From assembly GCA_049513515.1 (NCBI GenBank), contig JBEKWA010000002.1, positions 117,129-149,128 on the forward strand: a stretch of DNA of 32,000 nucleotides, given 5' to 3'. The position numbers and the translations under genes were made by a program. Origin of the DNA: Steroidobacteraceae bacterium (GTDB taxonomy: Bacteria; Pseudomonadota; Gammaproteobacteria; Steroidobacterales; Steroidobacteraceae). The notes beneath the pieces were generated by a model. That model did not search any database and was not told the origin of the DNA. It was given only the letters and a program-made list of their open reading frames with translations. Each line of letters opens with the position of its first letter. Positions within the stretch are counted from its first letter, which is position 1. Positions 17,618-24,951 of the stretch are shown piece by piece.

Positions 17618-18400
17618 ATGGATGCACAGGTGCTCATTTCAGCGAAATGGATCGCGCCCATTGCAGCGCTCGTCACGGTGCGTCTCGATCGCGGCGCCGT
17701 GCTCACGGTGCTGCTCGGCTTGATGACGCTGCCCTGTGTCGGCCGTGCGCAGGGCACGTGGAGCGGCTCCATCGGCGGCACCAGCAATTATGTTTACCGC
17801 GGCATCTCGCAGACCTATAACGGTGCCGCGCTGCAGCTCGGCGGCAGTTATCAAAGCCCGCTCGGCTGGTTTGCGGGGGCGTGGGGCTCGAACGTGAATC
17901 CCTATCCAGGCGGTGCGAGCTTCGAGGAACTCGACTTCTACGGCGGGCTGATCCGCTCCGTCGGCTCCGACTTCGCCGTCAAAGGCACGTACACCCACTA
18001 TTTGTACGTGCAGGATCCGCGACCCGCTCGTTACGACTACGACGAGATCGCCGTGAGCGTCGCCTACTTGGACGTGGTCGCGGCGACCGTATCCTATCAG
18101 CCGAACTACACATCTTATTCAGAGCTCGGCTTCGCCTATCGGCGTCCGGCAACTGCCTACGAGCTCACGGGCCGTTGGCCGCTGCGCTTCGGATTTGCGG
18201 CGACGGCCGGGGCAGGATACTACGATCTGCATCACCTTTTTGGGGTCGGCTACTGGGCCGGTGATGTCGGATTGGCATACGTCTACCGGCGCCTCACCCT
18301 GGGCGTCAGCCGCTTCTTCGCCGATACGACCGCGGCCACGCTCTACGAGGACGCGAGCGCCAATGGCAACTGGGCGGTTTCGGCGACCTGGCGCTTCTGA
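17618..18400 (+). CDS. TorF-family putative outer-membrane porin (Gcw_chp / TIGR02001-like)
   Basis: GTSNYVYRGISQTYNGAALQLGGSY...GAWGSNVN...ELDFYGG and the terminal ...WRF match my recollection of the TorF family. The start is uncertain. The ATG at 17618 lies only about 10 nt after a TATAAT box. The GTG at 17678 would give a cleaner signal peptide (VRLDRGAVLTVLLGLMTLPCVGRAQG). Confidence 0.7.
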   Translation: MDAQVLISAKWIAPIAALVTVRLDRGAVLTVLLGLMTLPCVGRAQGTWSGSIGGTSNYVYRGISQTYNGAALQLGGSYQSPLGWFAGAWGSNVNPYPGGASFEELDFYGGLIRSVGSDFAVKGTYTHYLYVQDPRPARYDYDEIAVSVAYLDVVAATVSYQPNYTSYSELGFAYRRPATAYELTGRWPLRFGFAATAGAGYYDLHHLFGVGYWAGDVGLAYVYRRLTLGVSRFFADTTAATLYEDASANGNWAVSATWRF

Positions 18401-18426
18401 CACAGGGGAGTTTTTGGTCGAAGGAT

Positions 18427-18452
18427 GAACCGACCGGGCGAGACGGGTTACT
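18427..18452 (+). promoter_or_regulatory. candidate ECF-type promoter (GAACC-N15-GTTACT) upstream of the sigma gene
   Basis: GAACC lies at 18427-18431 and GTTACT at 18447-18452, with exactly 15 nt between them. The same AACC-N15-GTTACT arrangement recurs at 21213-21238. An AAC-containing -35 element is typical of ECF promoters. Confidence 0.5.
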
Positions 18453-18500
18453 TACCCATGGTAGGTTGTGTCGGCGGCATGGTGCCCGGGAGCTCTTTTT

Positions 18501-19103
18501 TTGGAAGACTTCGAGTTGCGATCGAATCAATCCCCCGCGGTACGCACCGCGAACGACCGCGAACGACAGCTGATCTCCCGGATCGGCACCGGCGACCGGG
18601 ACGCGTTTCGCGAGCTCTACGTGCACTATCACAGGCGCCTGGCGCGATTTCTGACTCGCCTGACCCACCGCCAGGAGGACGCGGAGGAGATCATCAACGA
18701 TACGCTGTGGATCGTGTGGCAGCGCGCCGCGGAATTCCGCAATGCATCGCAGGTCTCGACGTGGATCATGGGCATCGCCTATCGGCGCGCGCTCAACATG
18801 ATCCGGCGCGCGGCGGCGCATGAGCGAGTCATGGCGCTGGAGAGCACCGAGGGGGAGGCGGCCGTCAACGATGCGGGGCAGACGACCGAGAATCGGCAGC
18901 TCCTGAATTACGCGCTTGCCCAGTTGCCCTTGGAGCAGCGCCTCGTACTCGAACTCACGTATTACCTGGATCATTCTTGCGAGGAGGTCGCCGAGATCAT
19001 GGAGTGCCCCGTGAATACGGTAAAGACGCGCATGTTCAACGCGCGGCGGAAGCTCCGGGCAATGCTGGCCGAGCACGGCGCAGAATGGGGGGCCGCTCCA
19101 TGA
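18501..19103 (+). CDS. ECF-subfamily RNA polymerase sigma-70 factor
   Basis: Region 2 is GDRDAFRELYVHYHRRLARFL...DAEEIINDTLWIVW and region 4 is LPLEQRLVLELTYYLDHSCEEVAEIMECPVNTVKTRMFNARRKLR. I prefer the TTG at 18501 as start because GGGAG lies 8 nt upstream and it falls downstream of the candidate promoter. The ORF-track GTG at 18468 is the alternative. Confidence 0.9.
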   Translation: MEDFELRSNQSPAVRTANDRERQLISRIGTGDRDAFRELYVHYHRRLARFLTRLTHRQEDAEEIINDTLWIVWQRAAEFRNASQVSTWIMGIAYRRALNMIRRAAAHERVMALESTEGEAAVNDAGQTTENRQLLNYALAQLPLEQRLVLELTYYLDHSCEEVAEIMECPVNTVKTRMFNARRKLRAMLAEHGAEWGAAP

Positions 19104-19786
19104 CCGTCGATCTGGAAGGCGCCCGCTGCGAGGAAGAGGCGGCCCGGCTCTTGCCGTGGTACCTCACCGGACGGTTGTCGGCCGCGGATCTCGAGCGCGT
19201 GTCGAGCCATCTGCAGCGCTGCGCAATCTGTCGCAACGATTTGGCGCACGAGCGTGCGGTGCAGGGGATTTTGAAGACCGATAACCGGATCGAATACGCA
19301 CCGCAGGCGAGTCTTGCGAAGATGTTCTCGCGCATCGACGAACTGGGTCGGGATGCTCCAACCGGGAGCAGTCCTGATCTCCCCCGAGCGTCCCCGCGCC
19401 GATTGCGCCCGGTGCAATGGCTGACCGCCGCGGTGCTAGTGCAGGCCGTCGCCCTCGGATGGCTGGGCGCGTCGTTGCGAGACCGGCCGCAGTCGGCCGT
19501 GCCGCCGGCGCAGTATCAGACGCTGTCGGCGGATCCCGTACCGCTGGCTCCCGGGCCGCACATCCGGGCAGTGTTCGCGCCGGCCATGACGCTCGCCGAG
19601 TTGAAGGCGCTCCTCTCATCGAACGACCTGACCATCGTGCGCGGTCCCAGCGAGGCGGGCGCTTACACGTTGGCTTCGACGCGCGCGATGCCCATGGGCA
19701 TCGAACCCGTCGTTGCGGCCCTGCGCACCGATGCGCGCGTGCTGTTCGTCGAAGCCGCCGTCAACGACACGCCGGCAGTGCGGTGA
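19100..19786 (+). CDS. zf-HC2 anti-sigma factor, single-pass membrane protein with a periplasmic C-terminal domain
   Basis: The ATG at 19100 overlaps the sigma stop as ATGA. The HC2 zinc motif is HLQRCAICRNDLAHE and the TM segment is VQWLTAAVLVQAVALGWLGASL. A periplasmic domain of about 90 aa follows (...TLAELKALLSSNDLTIVRGPSEAGAYTLA...). Confidence 0.8.
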   Translation: MTVDLEGARCEEEAARLLPWYLTGRLSAADLERVSSHLQRCAICRNDLAHERAVQGILKTDNRIEYAPQASLAKMFSRIDELGRDAPTGSSPDLPRASPRRLRPVQWLTAAVLVQAVALGWLGASLRDRPQSAVPPAQYQTLSADPVPLAPGPHIRAVFAPAMTLAELKALLSSNDLTIVRGPSEAGAYTLASTRAMPMGIEPVVAALRTDARVLFVEAAVNDTPAVR

Positions 19787-21042
19787 AAATTACGCCGCTC
19801 GGCGTCCTCCTCGCCGCCGCCGCGCTCGCCGGCTGCGCCGCGGTTCGCGCGCCGCGAGCGGACCTTCCGGCGGAGGTCCGCGGTGGCCCCGAGGGCTACG
19901 TCGTCGTTACCGTGAGAAACCCTCTGATCGGTCCCGGCGCGCACGCCGCATCTACCTCACGAGGCTATGACGCGGTGGGCGTGTACGGGGCAGGCAGCGT
20001 CGCCCGCGGAACCAGTCGGGCGCTCGCGGCCGATTATCATTTGCGCGAAGTGTCGAGCTGGCCGATTGCATTGCTCGGCGTGCATTGCCTGACGTACGCG
20101 CTGCCGAGCGGCGCGGATCGCGCACAACTACTCGCCGTTCTCACGCGTGATCCCCGAGTCGAGTCCGCGCAGCCGCTGCTCAGCTTCGAGACGGCATCCG
20201 GCGGCTATAACGATCCCTATGCCGATCTGCAAAACAACATACAACAAATGGCCGTACTCGAGGCTCAGGCCTTGAGTCGCGGCGCCAGCGTGCGAGTTGC
20301 GATCGTCGACACGGGCGTCGATGTGCGCCACCCGGACTTGCCCGCCAACGTCGTCGTGCGAAATTTCGTCGACGACGACACGGATGCATTTCAGGAAGAT
20401 GTTCATGGGACGGCAGTGGCGGGCGTGATTGCGGCGATTCCCAACAATGGGGTCGGCATCGCGGGCATCGCGCCGGACGTGCGTCTGTTCCTCTACAAGG
20501 CCTGCTGGCGAGCAGCCGCGACGGGAACCAAAGCGGCGTGCAATTCCTTCACGCTGGCACAAGCCCTGTCGGCTGCCATCGAAGCGCACGCCGACATCAT
20601 CAACTTGAGCCTCGCGGGCCCGAGCGACCCGCTGCTTACGCGTCTGATCGAGCGCGCCTCGGCAGCCGGCATCATAGTGGTGGGCGCCGTGCCGCCGGAC
20701 GGACTGCGTGACTCCTTCCCCACTAACATCGCCTCGGTGATCGCCGTCGATGCGCTGGAGAGCGGGCACACCAGCCCCGGTGTCTTGCGGGCTCCGGGCC
20801 GCGACGTGATGTCGCTCGCGCCGCGTGCGCATTACGACTTCTATTCGGGAAGTTCCCTTGCCACCGCAGAGGTGTCCGGCTTGGTGGCACTGCTGCGCGC
20901 GCAACGACCGCACTTGACGGCGCAGGATGCACGAGCGCTCCTGCTCGAGAGCGAGTCACCCGCGGATGCGGGCACCTCGCCGCCCAACGCCTGCGCCGCG
21001 CTCGAGTCGCTCGTGCACGGCAAGCGCTGCGCGAGCCGCTAG
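19783..21042 (+). CDS. S8 (subtilisin) family serine peptidase lipoprotein with an I9-like propeptide
   Basis: The GTG at 19783 overlaps the anti-sigma stop as GTGA. The lipobox is LLAAAALAG/C. The catalytic residues are Asp in AIVDTGVD, His in HGTAVAGVIAA and Ser in SGSSLATAEVSG. An N-terminal propeptide-like segment precedes the catalytic domain. Confidence 0.9.
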   Translation: MKITPLGVLLAAAALAGCAAVRAPRADLPAEVRGGPEGYVVVTVRNPLIGPGAHAASTSRGYDAVGVYGAGSVARGTSRALAADYHLREVSSWPIALLGVHCLTYALPSGADRAQLLAVLTRDPRVESAQPLLSFETASGGYNDPYADLQNNIQQMAVLEAQALSRGASVRVAIVDTGVDVRHPDLPANVVVRNFVDDDTDAFQEDVHGTAVAGVIAAIPNNGVGIAGIAPDVRLFLYKACWRAAATGTKAACNSFTLAQALSAAIEAHADIINLSLAGPSDPLLTRLIERASAAGIIVVGAVPPDGLRDSFPTNIASVIAVDALESGHTSPGVLRAPGRDVMSLAPRAHYDFYSGSSLATAEVSGLVALLRAQRPHLTAQDARALLLESESPADAGTSPPNACAALESLVHGKRCASR

Positions 21043-21097
21043 GACATTTACAAATAGCCGCAAGTCGCGGCCTCCACGTCACGACGCAGTTAGTACC

Positions 21098-21118
21098 CCG
21101 CGCGAGGCGCGCGGTTTT
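21098..21118 (+). terminator. rho-independent terminator after the S8 peptidase gene
   Basis: CCGCGCG-AGG-CGCGCGG forms a 7 bp all-GC stem and is followed by TTTT. Confidence 0.55.
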
Positions 21119-21212
21119 GCGGCAAGTCATGCTCGGCCTGCACGTGTCGCGGCGCCGTGAGTGATCGGATATCTCGCGGAAGTTCGCCGGCGGGACGAAA
21201 TATTTGCAGCGA

Positions 21213-21238
21213 AAACCCGACACCTTCGGTTCGTTACT
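21213..21238 (+). promoter_or_regulatory. candidate ECF-type promoter (AAACC-N15-GTTACT) upstream of the propeller-cytochrome lipoprotein gene
   Basis: AAACC lies at 21213-21217 and GTTACT at 21233-21238, with exactly 15 nt between them. It sits downstream of the 21098-21118 terminator and 72 nt upstream of the ATG at 21310. Confidence 0.5.
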
Positions 21239-21309
21239 CAGTTAGCGAAGACCGCACGGCGCGGATCGTTGCAATCGCACAAGACGCTGCGGCGTCGAGG
21301 ACACGAGGT

Positions 21310-23376
21310 ATGGTGTATCAATCAAAGTCGACGAGATCGGTTCTTAAATTCGCGCCGCCGGCGCTGATGCTCTTGCTGCTCGCGGCGTGCGGCGGCGACG
21401 GAGGAGGCTCGGGCTCCATGGCCGGCGGCGGCGGCGGTGGTGGTGGTGGTTACGGCGGCGGCGTTGCGGCCGCGGCGATCACCATTTCGCTGAGCAGCGC
21501 CAACATTCAAGTCGGGCAGAACACGACGCTCACCTGGTCGGTGACCAATGCCACCGCGTGCACGGCGAGCGGATCCTGGAGCGGGTCGGAATCCGTGACC
21601 GGGTCGAAAACGCTGTCGCCGACCGCGGCGGGCACGTACACGTACACGCTCATGTGCACGGGCAGCGGCGCGGCGGCGACCAAATCGACCACGCTGACGG
21701 TGGGCGCAGCCGCCGCGAGCAACGGGCCTTACACCTCGACCAGCCTGGTGGCCAACGCGGCGGGGAGTTCGGCACTCACGGTGGATGCCAATCTGGTAAA
21801 CCCGTGGGGTATCGTCTTCGCACCCAACGCATCGGTCTGGGTGGCCAACAACGGCAGCAGCACCTCGACCTTGTATGACGGCAGCGGCAACCCGCAACCG
21901 GCCACGTCTCCCTTGGTGGTGACATTCACCGCCAATGCCGGCCACCCCTTCGCGCCGACCGGCGTTGTCGCCAACGCGACGAGCGATTTCGTCGTGAGCT
22001 CGGGCGGCAAATCCGGCGCCGCGAGCTTCATCTACGTGGGTGAGGGCGGAACGATCGCGGGCTGGTCGTCCGCGGTCAATCCTGCCGCGGCGGTGACGGT
22101 GTACACGGATGCCGGCGGTGCGGAGTACACGGGAGCCGCGCTCGCCTCGAACGGCGGTCAAAATTACTTGTACGCGGCCGATTTCCACAACAACAAGATC
22201 GACGTGTTCAACGCGACGTTCGTGAAGCAGACGCCGTCGGCGAGCAGCTTCGCATTCGCCGATCCCAGCCTTCCCGCGGGATATGCACCGTTCGGCATTC
22301 AGGCGATCGCCAACGGCAGCGGCGGGGCGACGCAGATCTACGTGGCGTATGCGCAGCAGAAGGCGCCGGACAACTCGTTTGCCAGCATCGGAGCGGGATT
22401 GGGCCTCGTGGATGTATTCGACGCGAGCGGAACGTTCACCATGCGCTTGATCGCCACGGGCGGCGCACTGAACGCCCCCTGGGGCATCGCGCTCGCACCC
22501 GCGGACTTCGGACCACTCAGCAATGATCTCTTGGTCGGCAATCTCGGCGACGGGAAAATCAATGCTTTCGACGCGGCAAGCGGCAAATTGATCGGCCCGA
22601 TCAGTGACTCTCATTCCGATCCGATCGCAGTGCCGGGCCTCTGGGGCATCGCCTTCGGCAACGACAGCGCCAACCAGCCGCACAACACACTCTTTTTCGC
22701 CGCAGGCACGAATGACGGCAGCGGCGGTGAATACGGCCGCATCGACCCAGGCGCAACGCCGCCGACTCTGGACGGTACGGCGGCCGTGACGGTGATCGCC
22801 CCGAGCGCAACCGTGAGCGGCACGGTCGCGCTGACTGCGCAGGTGGGCAGCAGCGTCAGCGTCGAGCAAGTGGAATTCTTCGCCAACGGGAAAGCCATCG
22901 GGACGGCCGACGCGTCACCCTTCTCGGTTCAGTGGAATACCACGACCAGCGCCAATGGAACGGTAACCCTGACGGCGACCGCGAAAGAAGGGTATGGCAA
23001 GGTTGCCAATTCGGCTCCCGTCACGGTCACTGTCAACAACGCCGCCCCCGCCGCGACGCTGACGGAATTGCAAGCGCAGGTCTTCGGTCCCATTTGTTCC
23101 GGGTGCCATAACGGAGTGGGTGCCAGCCTGCCCGGTGTGCAGAACCTGACTTCAGCGGCGGCGACGTATGCATCTTTGGTGAACGTGCCGAGTATCGAGC
23201 AGCCGAACCTGCTACGCGTCAAGCCGGGCGATCCCACCGACAGTTACGTCATTCACAAGCTCGAGGGCCTGGCGGGCATCACGGGTGCGCGCATGCCGTT
23301 CGGCGGCCCCTATCTGTCGACCGCGACGATGAACCAAATCGAGTCGTGGATTGCCGCGGGCGCGCAGAACAACTAA
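21310..23376 (+). CDS. lipoprotein combining an Ig-like domain, a TIGR03118-like beta-propeller, a second Ig-like domain and a C-terminal Planctomycete-type cytochrome c (PSCyt1-like, CxxCH) domain
   Basis: The ATG at 21310 has a GAGG Shine-Dalgarno. The lipobox is LLLLAA/C with the Cys codon at 21388-21390, followed by a poly-Gly linker. An Ig-like module follows (TLTWSVTNATACTASGSWSG...YTYTLMCTG). The propeller spans about 21727-22750 (DANLVNPWGIVFAPNASVWVANNGSSTSTLYDG). A second Ig-like domain spans about 22780-23058. The tail spans 23059-23373, with the heme motif CSGCH at 23095-23109 in the context VFGPICSGCHNG...KPGDPTDSYVIHKL...ARMPFGGPYLS...IESWIAAGA. Confidence 0.8.
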   Translation: MVYQSKSTRSVLKFAPPALMLLLLAACGGDGGGSGSMAGGGGGGGGGYGGGVAAAAITISLSSANIQVGQNTTLTWSVTNATACTASGSWSGSESVTGSKTLSPTAAGTYTYTLMCTGSGAAATKSTTLTVGAAAASNGPYTSTSLVANAAGSSALTVDANLVNPWGIVFAPNASVWVANNGSSTSTLYDGSGNPQPATSPLVVTFTANAGHPFAPTGVVANATSDFVVSSGGKSGAASFIYVGEGGTIAGWSSAVNPAAAVTVYTDAGGAEYTGAALASNGGQNYLYAADFHNNKIDVFNATFVKQTPSASSFAFADPSLPAGYAPFGIQAIANGSGGATQIYVAYAQQKAPDNSFASIGAGLGLVDVFDASGTFTMRLIATGGALNAPWGIALAPADFGPLSNDLLVGNLGDGKINAFDAASGKLIGPISDSHSDPIAVPGLWGIAFGNDSANQPHNTLFFAAGTNDGSGGEYGRIDPGATPPTLDGTAAVTVIAPSATVSGTVALTAQVGSSVSVEQVEFFANGKAIGTADASPFSVQWNTTTSANGTVTLTATAKEGYGKVANSAPVTVTVNNAAPAATLTELQAQVFGPICSGCHNGVGASLPGVQNLTSAAATYASLVNVPSIEQPNLLRVKPGDPTDSYVIHKLEGLAGITGARMPFGGPYLSTATMNQIESWIAAGAQNN
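21424..21462 (+). repeat. in-frame trinucleotide tract (GGC)4(GGT)5 TAC (GGC)3 encoding G9-Y-G3
   Basis: I read this directly at 21424-21462. It lies just after the lipobox in the linker of the 21310-23376 protein. Confidence 0.9.
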
Positions 23377-23398
23377 CCCCGTGAGGGGCGGAGGCATC

Positions 23399-23428
23399 GA
23401 GGGCCCTGCGGGCAAGCGCAGGGCCCTC
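23399..23428. terminator. strong hairpin between convergent genes, a candidate bidirectional terminator
   Basis: GAGGGCCCTGCG-GGCAAG-CGCAGGGCCCTC forms a perfect 12 bp stem. It lies between the stop at 23376 (plus strand) and the stop at 23447 (minus strand). The flanking T/A runs are weak. Confidence 0.6.
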
Positions 23429-23446
23429 TTCGGCGGGGCAGCGCGC

Positions 23447-24199
23447 TCACGTATCTCGGCTCGCGAGGCCGAGTACCGCATAGCGCACCAGTTGCGTGGC
23501 GGTGCTGAGATTTAGCTTCCGCTTGATGCTGTGTCGGTGCGATTCCACCGTCTTGATGCTCAAGTGGAGCGCTTGTGCGGTTTCCCGGGTGGTCATGCCC
23601 CTGCCGATCATGAGCAAAATCTGCAATTCACGATTGCTCAGCCGATCGAGCGGATCGTCGGATCTGGGCGCCGGCCGGCCGGCGTACTTCTGCAGCATGT
23701 TGCGACGAACGGTCTCCGAGACGTAGATATGGCCCTCGAGAACACACCGCAACGCGGTCAGGAACTCCTCGGTGGATGACTCCTTCATGATGTATCCGTT
23801 TGCACCGGTGGAGAGCATGCGCTCCGCGTAAAAGGCTTCGTCCTCTGCGGACAGCACGAGAATCCGCAGCTCCGGATGATGCGCGCGAGCGAACCGGACG
23901 AGATCGATGCCGTCGCCGTGCTTCGAGCTGATGTCGCAGATCAGCCCATCGGGCTGCAAGTCGTCCAGGGCGCTTCGCATGTCGTCGGCTGTCTCCGCTT
24001 CTCCGCAGACCTCGAGATCGTCCTGGTTTTCCAGGATGCGGCGCAGGCCCTGGCGCACGATGGGATGGTCATCGACGATCAGCACGCGGCGCACGGCGGA
24101 TTTCAGCCGAGCGCAACCTCGGATTTCCAAGTCGAGCAACTCGGCGTTATTGCGGCAGCTTTTGCGCCCGAGGTCCGCCGGCGCTGGGATCTTTCTCAT
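23447..24199 (-). CDS. LuxR/FixJ-family response regulator (REC plus HTH)
   Basis: The REC domain has VLIVDDHP, the acceptor Asp in LICDIS, and LVLSA and GYIMK. The LuxR HTH is LSNRELQILLMIGRGMTTRETAQALHLSIKTVESHRHSIKRKL. The ATG at 24199 overlaps the EAL stop as ATGA and adds 35 aa ahead of the REC domain. The GTG at 24094 (VRRVLIVDD) is an alternative start. Confidence 0.85.
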   Translation of the reverse strand: MRKIPAPADLGRKSCRNNAELLDLEIRGCARLKSAVRRVLIVDDHPIVRQGLRRILENQDDLEVCGEAETADDMRSALDDLQPDGLICDISSKHGDGIDLVRFARAHHPELRILVLSAEDEAFYAERMLSTGANGYIMKESSTEEFLTALRCVLEGHIYVSETVRRNMLQKYAGRPAPRSDDPLDRLSNRELQILLMIGRGMTTRETAQALHLSIKTVESHRHSIKRKLNLSTATQLVRYAVLGLASRDT

Positions 24200-24951
24200 G
24201 AATCGGTCTCAGGAGCCAGCATCACCGACAGCGCCGCCACGAGTCCGCTGCGCGTCTCGGTCCGATCCGCGAGCACCGTCAGGCCGACGCCACGGGCGAG
24301 GGAGACGATCGCGCGCACGATCGATTCATCGGTGCGGCTGATGGCCAAGTCCCTGATGAAGCTGCGATCGATCTTGAGCTTGTCGATCGAGAACCGCCGC
24401 AGGTAGCTCAAGCTGGAGTAACCCGTACCGAAGTCATCGATCGCAACGCCCACTCCCATCCTGCGCAGTTGCTTCAACACACCCGCGGATTCCTCAGGAT
24501 TGGTCATGAGCGCGCTCTCGGTCAATTCGATCTCCAAGGCGCGCGCGTCGAGATCCGCATCGGCGAGCGCGGAGCGAATCATCTGCAGGATGTTCTCGTG
24601 TCTGAACTGGGCGGCCGACAAGTTGACTGCCAAGGGAAGCGAGGAGCCCATGTCGACTTGCCAGCGGCGCGCCTGGCGGCACGCCTCGCGCAGCACCCAC
24701 TCCCCGAGCGGAATGATCAATCCGGTATCTTCGGCAAGCGAGATGAACGAGCTCGGCCCGATGACACCCTTGGTCGGATGCCGCCAGCGCAGCAGCGCTT
24801 CCGCGGAAACGATTTTCCCGGTCTTGATCGAGAGCTCGGGTTGATAGTAGAGCTCGAATTCTCCCGCCGTCATCGCGCGCCGCAGGTCGCTTTCGAACGC
24901 CAGACGATCCTGCATCGAATCCGTCATCCCGGGTTGAAAGAAAAGCATCAA
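24196..24951 (-). CDS. stand-alone EAL-domain protein, a putative c-di-GMP phosphodiesterase or binder with a short, atypical C-terminus
   Basis: Motifs present are ELYYQP, EALLRW, AVNLSA, EIELTES, DDFGTGYSSLSYL and KIDRSF. ADRTET replaces the usual AEGVET. The protein stops 19 aa later, without the terminal GC...QG(Y/F) segment. The start is TTG at 24951 or ATG at 24948, neither with a clear Shine-Dalgarno. Confidence 0.8.
   Translation of the reverse strand: MMLFFQPGMTDSMQDRLAFESDLRRAMTAGEFELYYQPELSIKTGKIVSAEALLRWRHPTKGVIGPSSFISLAEDTGLIIPLGEWVLREACRQARRWQVDMGSSLPLAVNLSAAQFRHENILQMIRSALADADLDARALEIELTESALMTNPEESAGVLKQLRRMGVGVAIDDFGTGYSSLSYLRRFSIDKLKIDRSFIRDLAISRTDESIVRAIVSLARGVGLTVLADRTETRSGLVAALSVMLAPETDS

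Noticed and set aside
21057-21127. Two copies of GCAAGTC lie about 60 nt apart, downstream of the S8 gene.
   Set aside because: A 7-mer repeated once could be chance, and the first copy is part of a small hairpin. No supporting pattern was seen.
24095-24199. The N-terminal extension of the LuxR regulator (…NNAELLDLEIRGCARLKS…) faintly resembles the missing EAL C-terminus (VETxEQLxxLxxxGC).
   Set aside because: It is not contiguous with the EAL frame: 39 codons and a stop intervene. The spacing to the GC dipeptide is off by one, and I saw no DNA-level evidence for a frameshift or duplication. It is probably coincidence.
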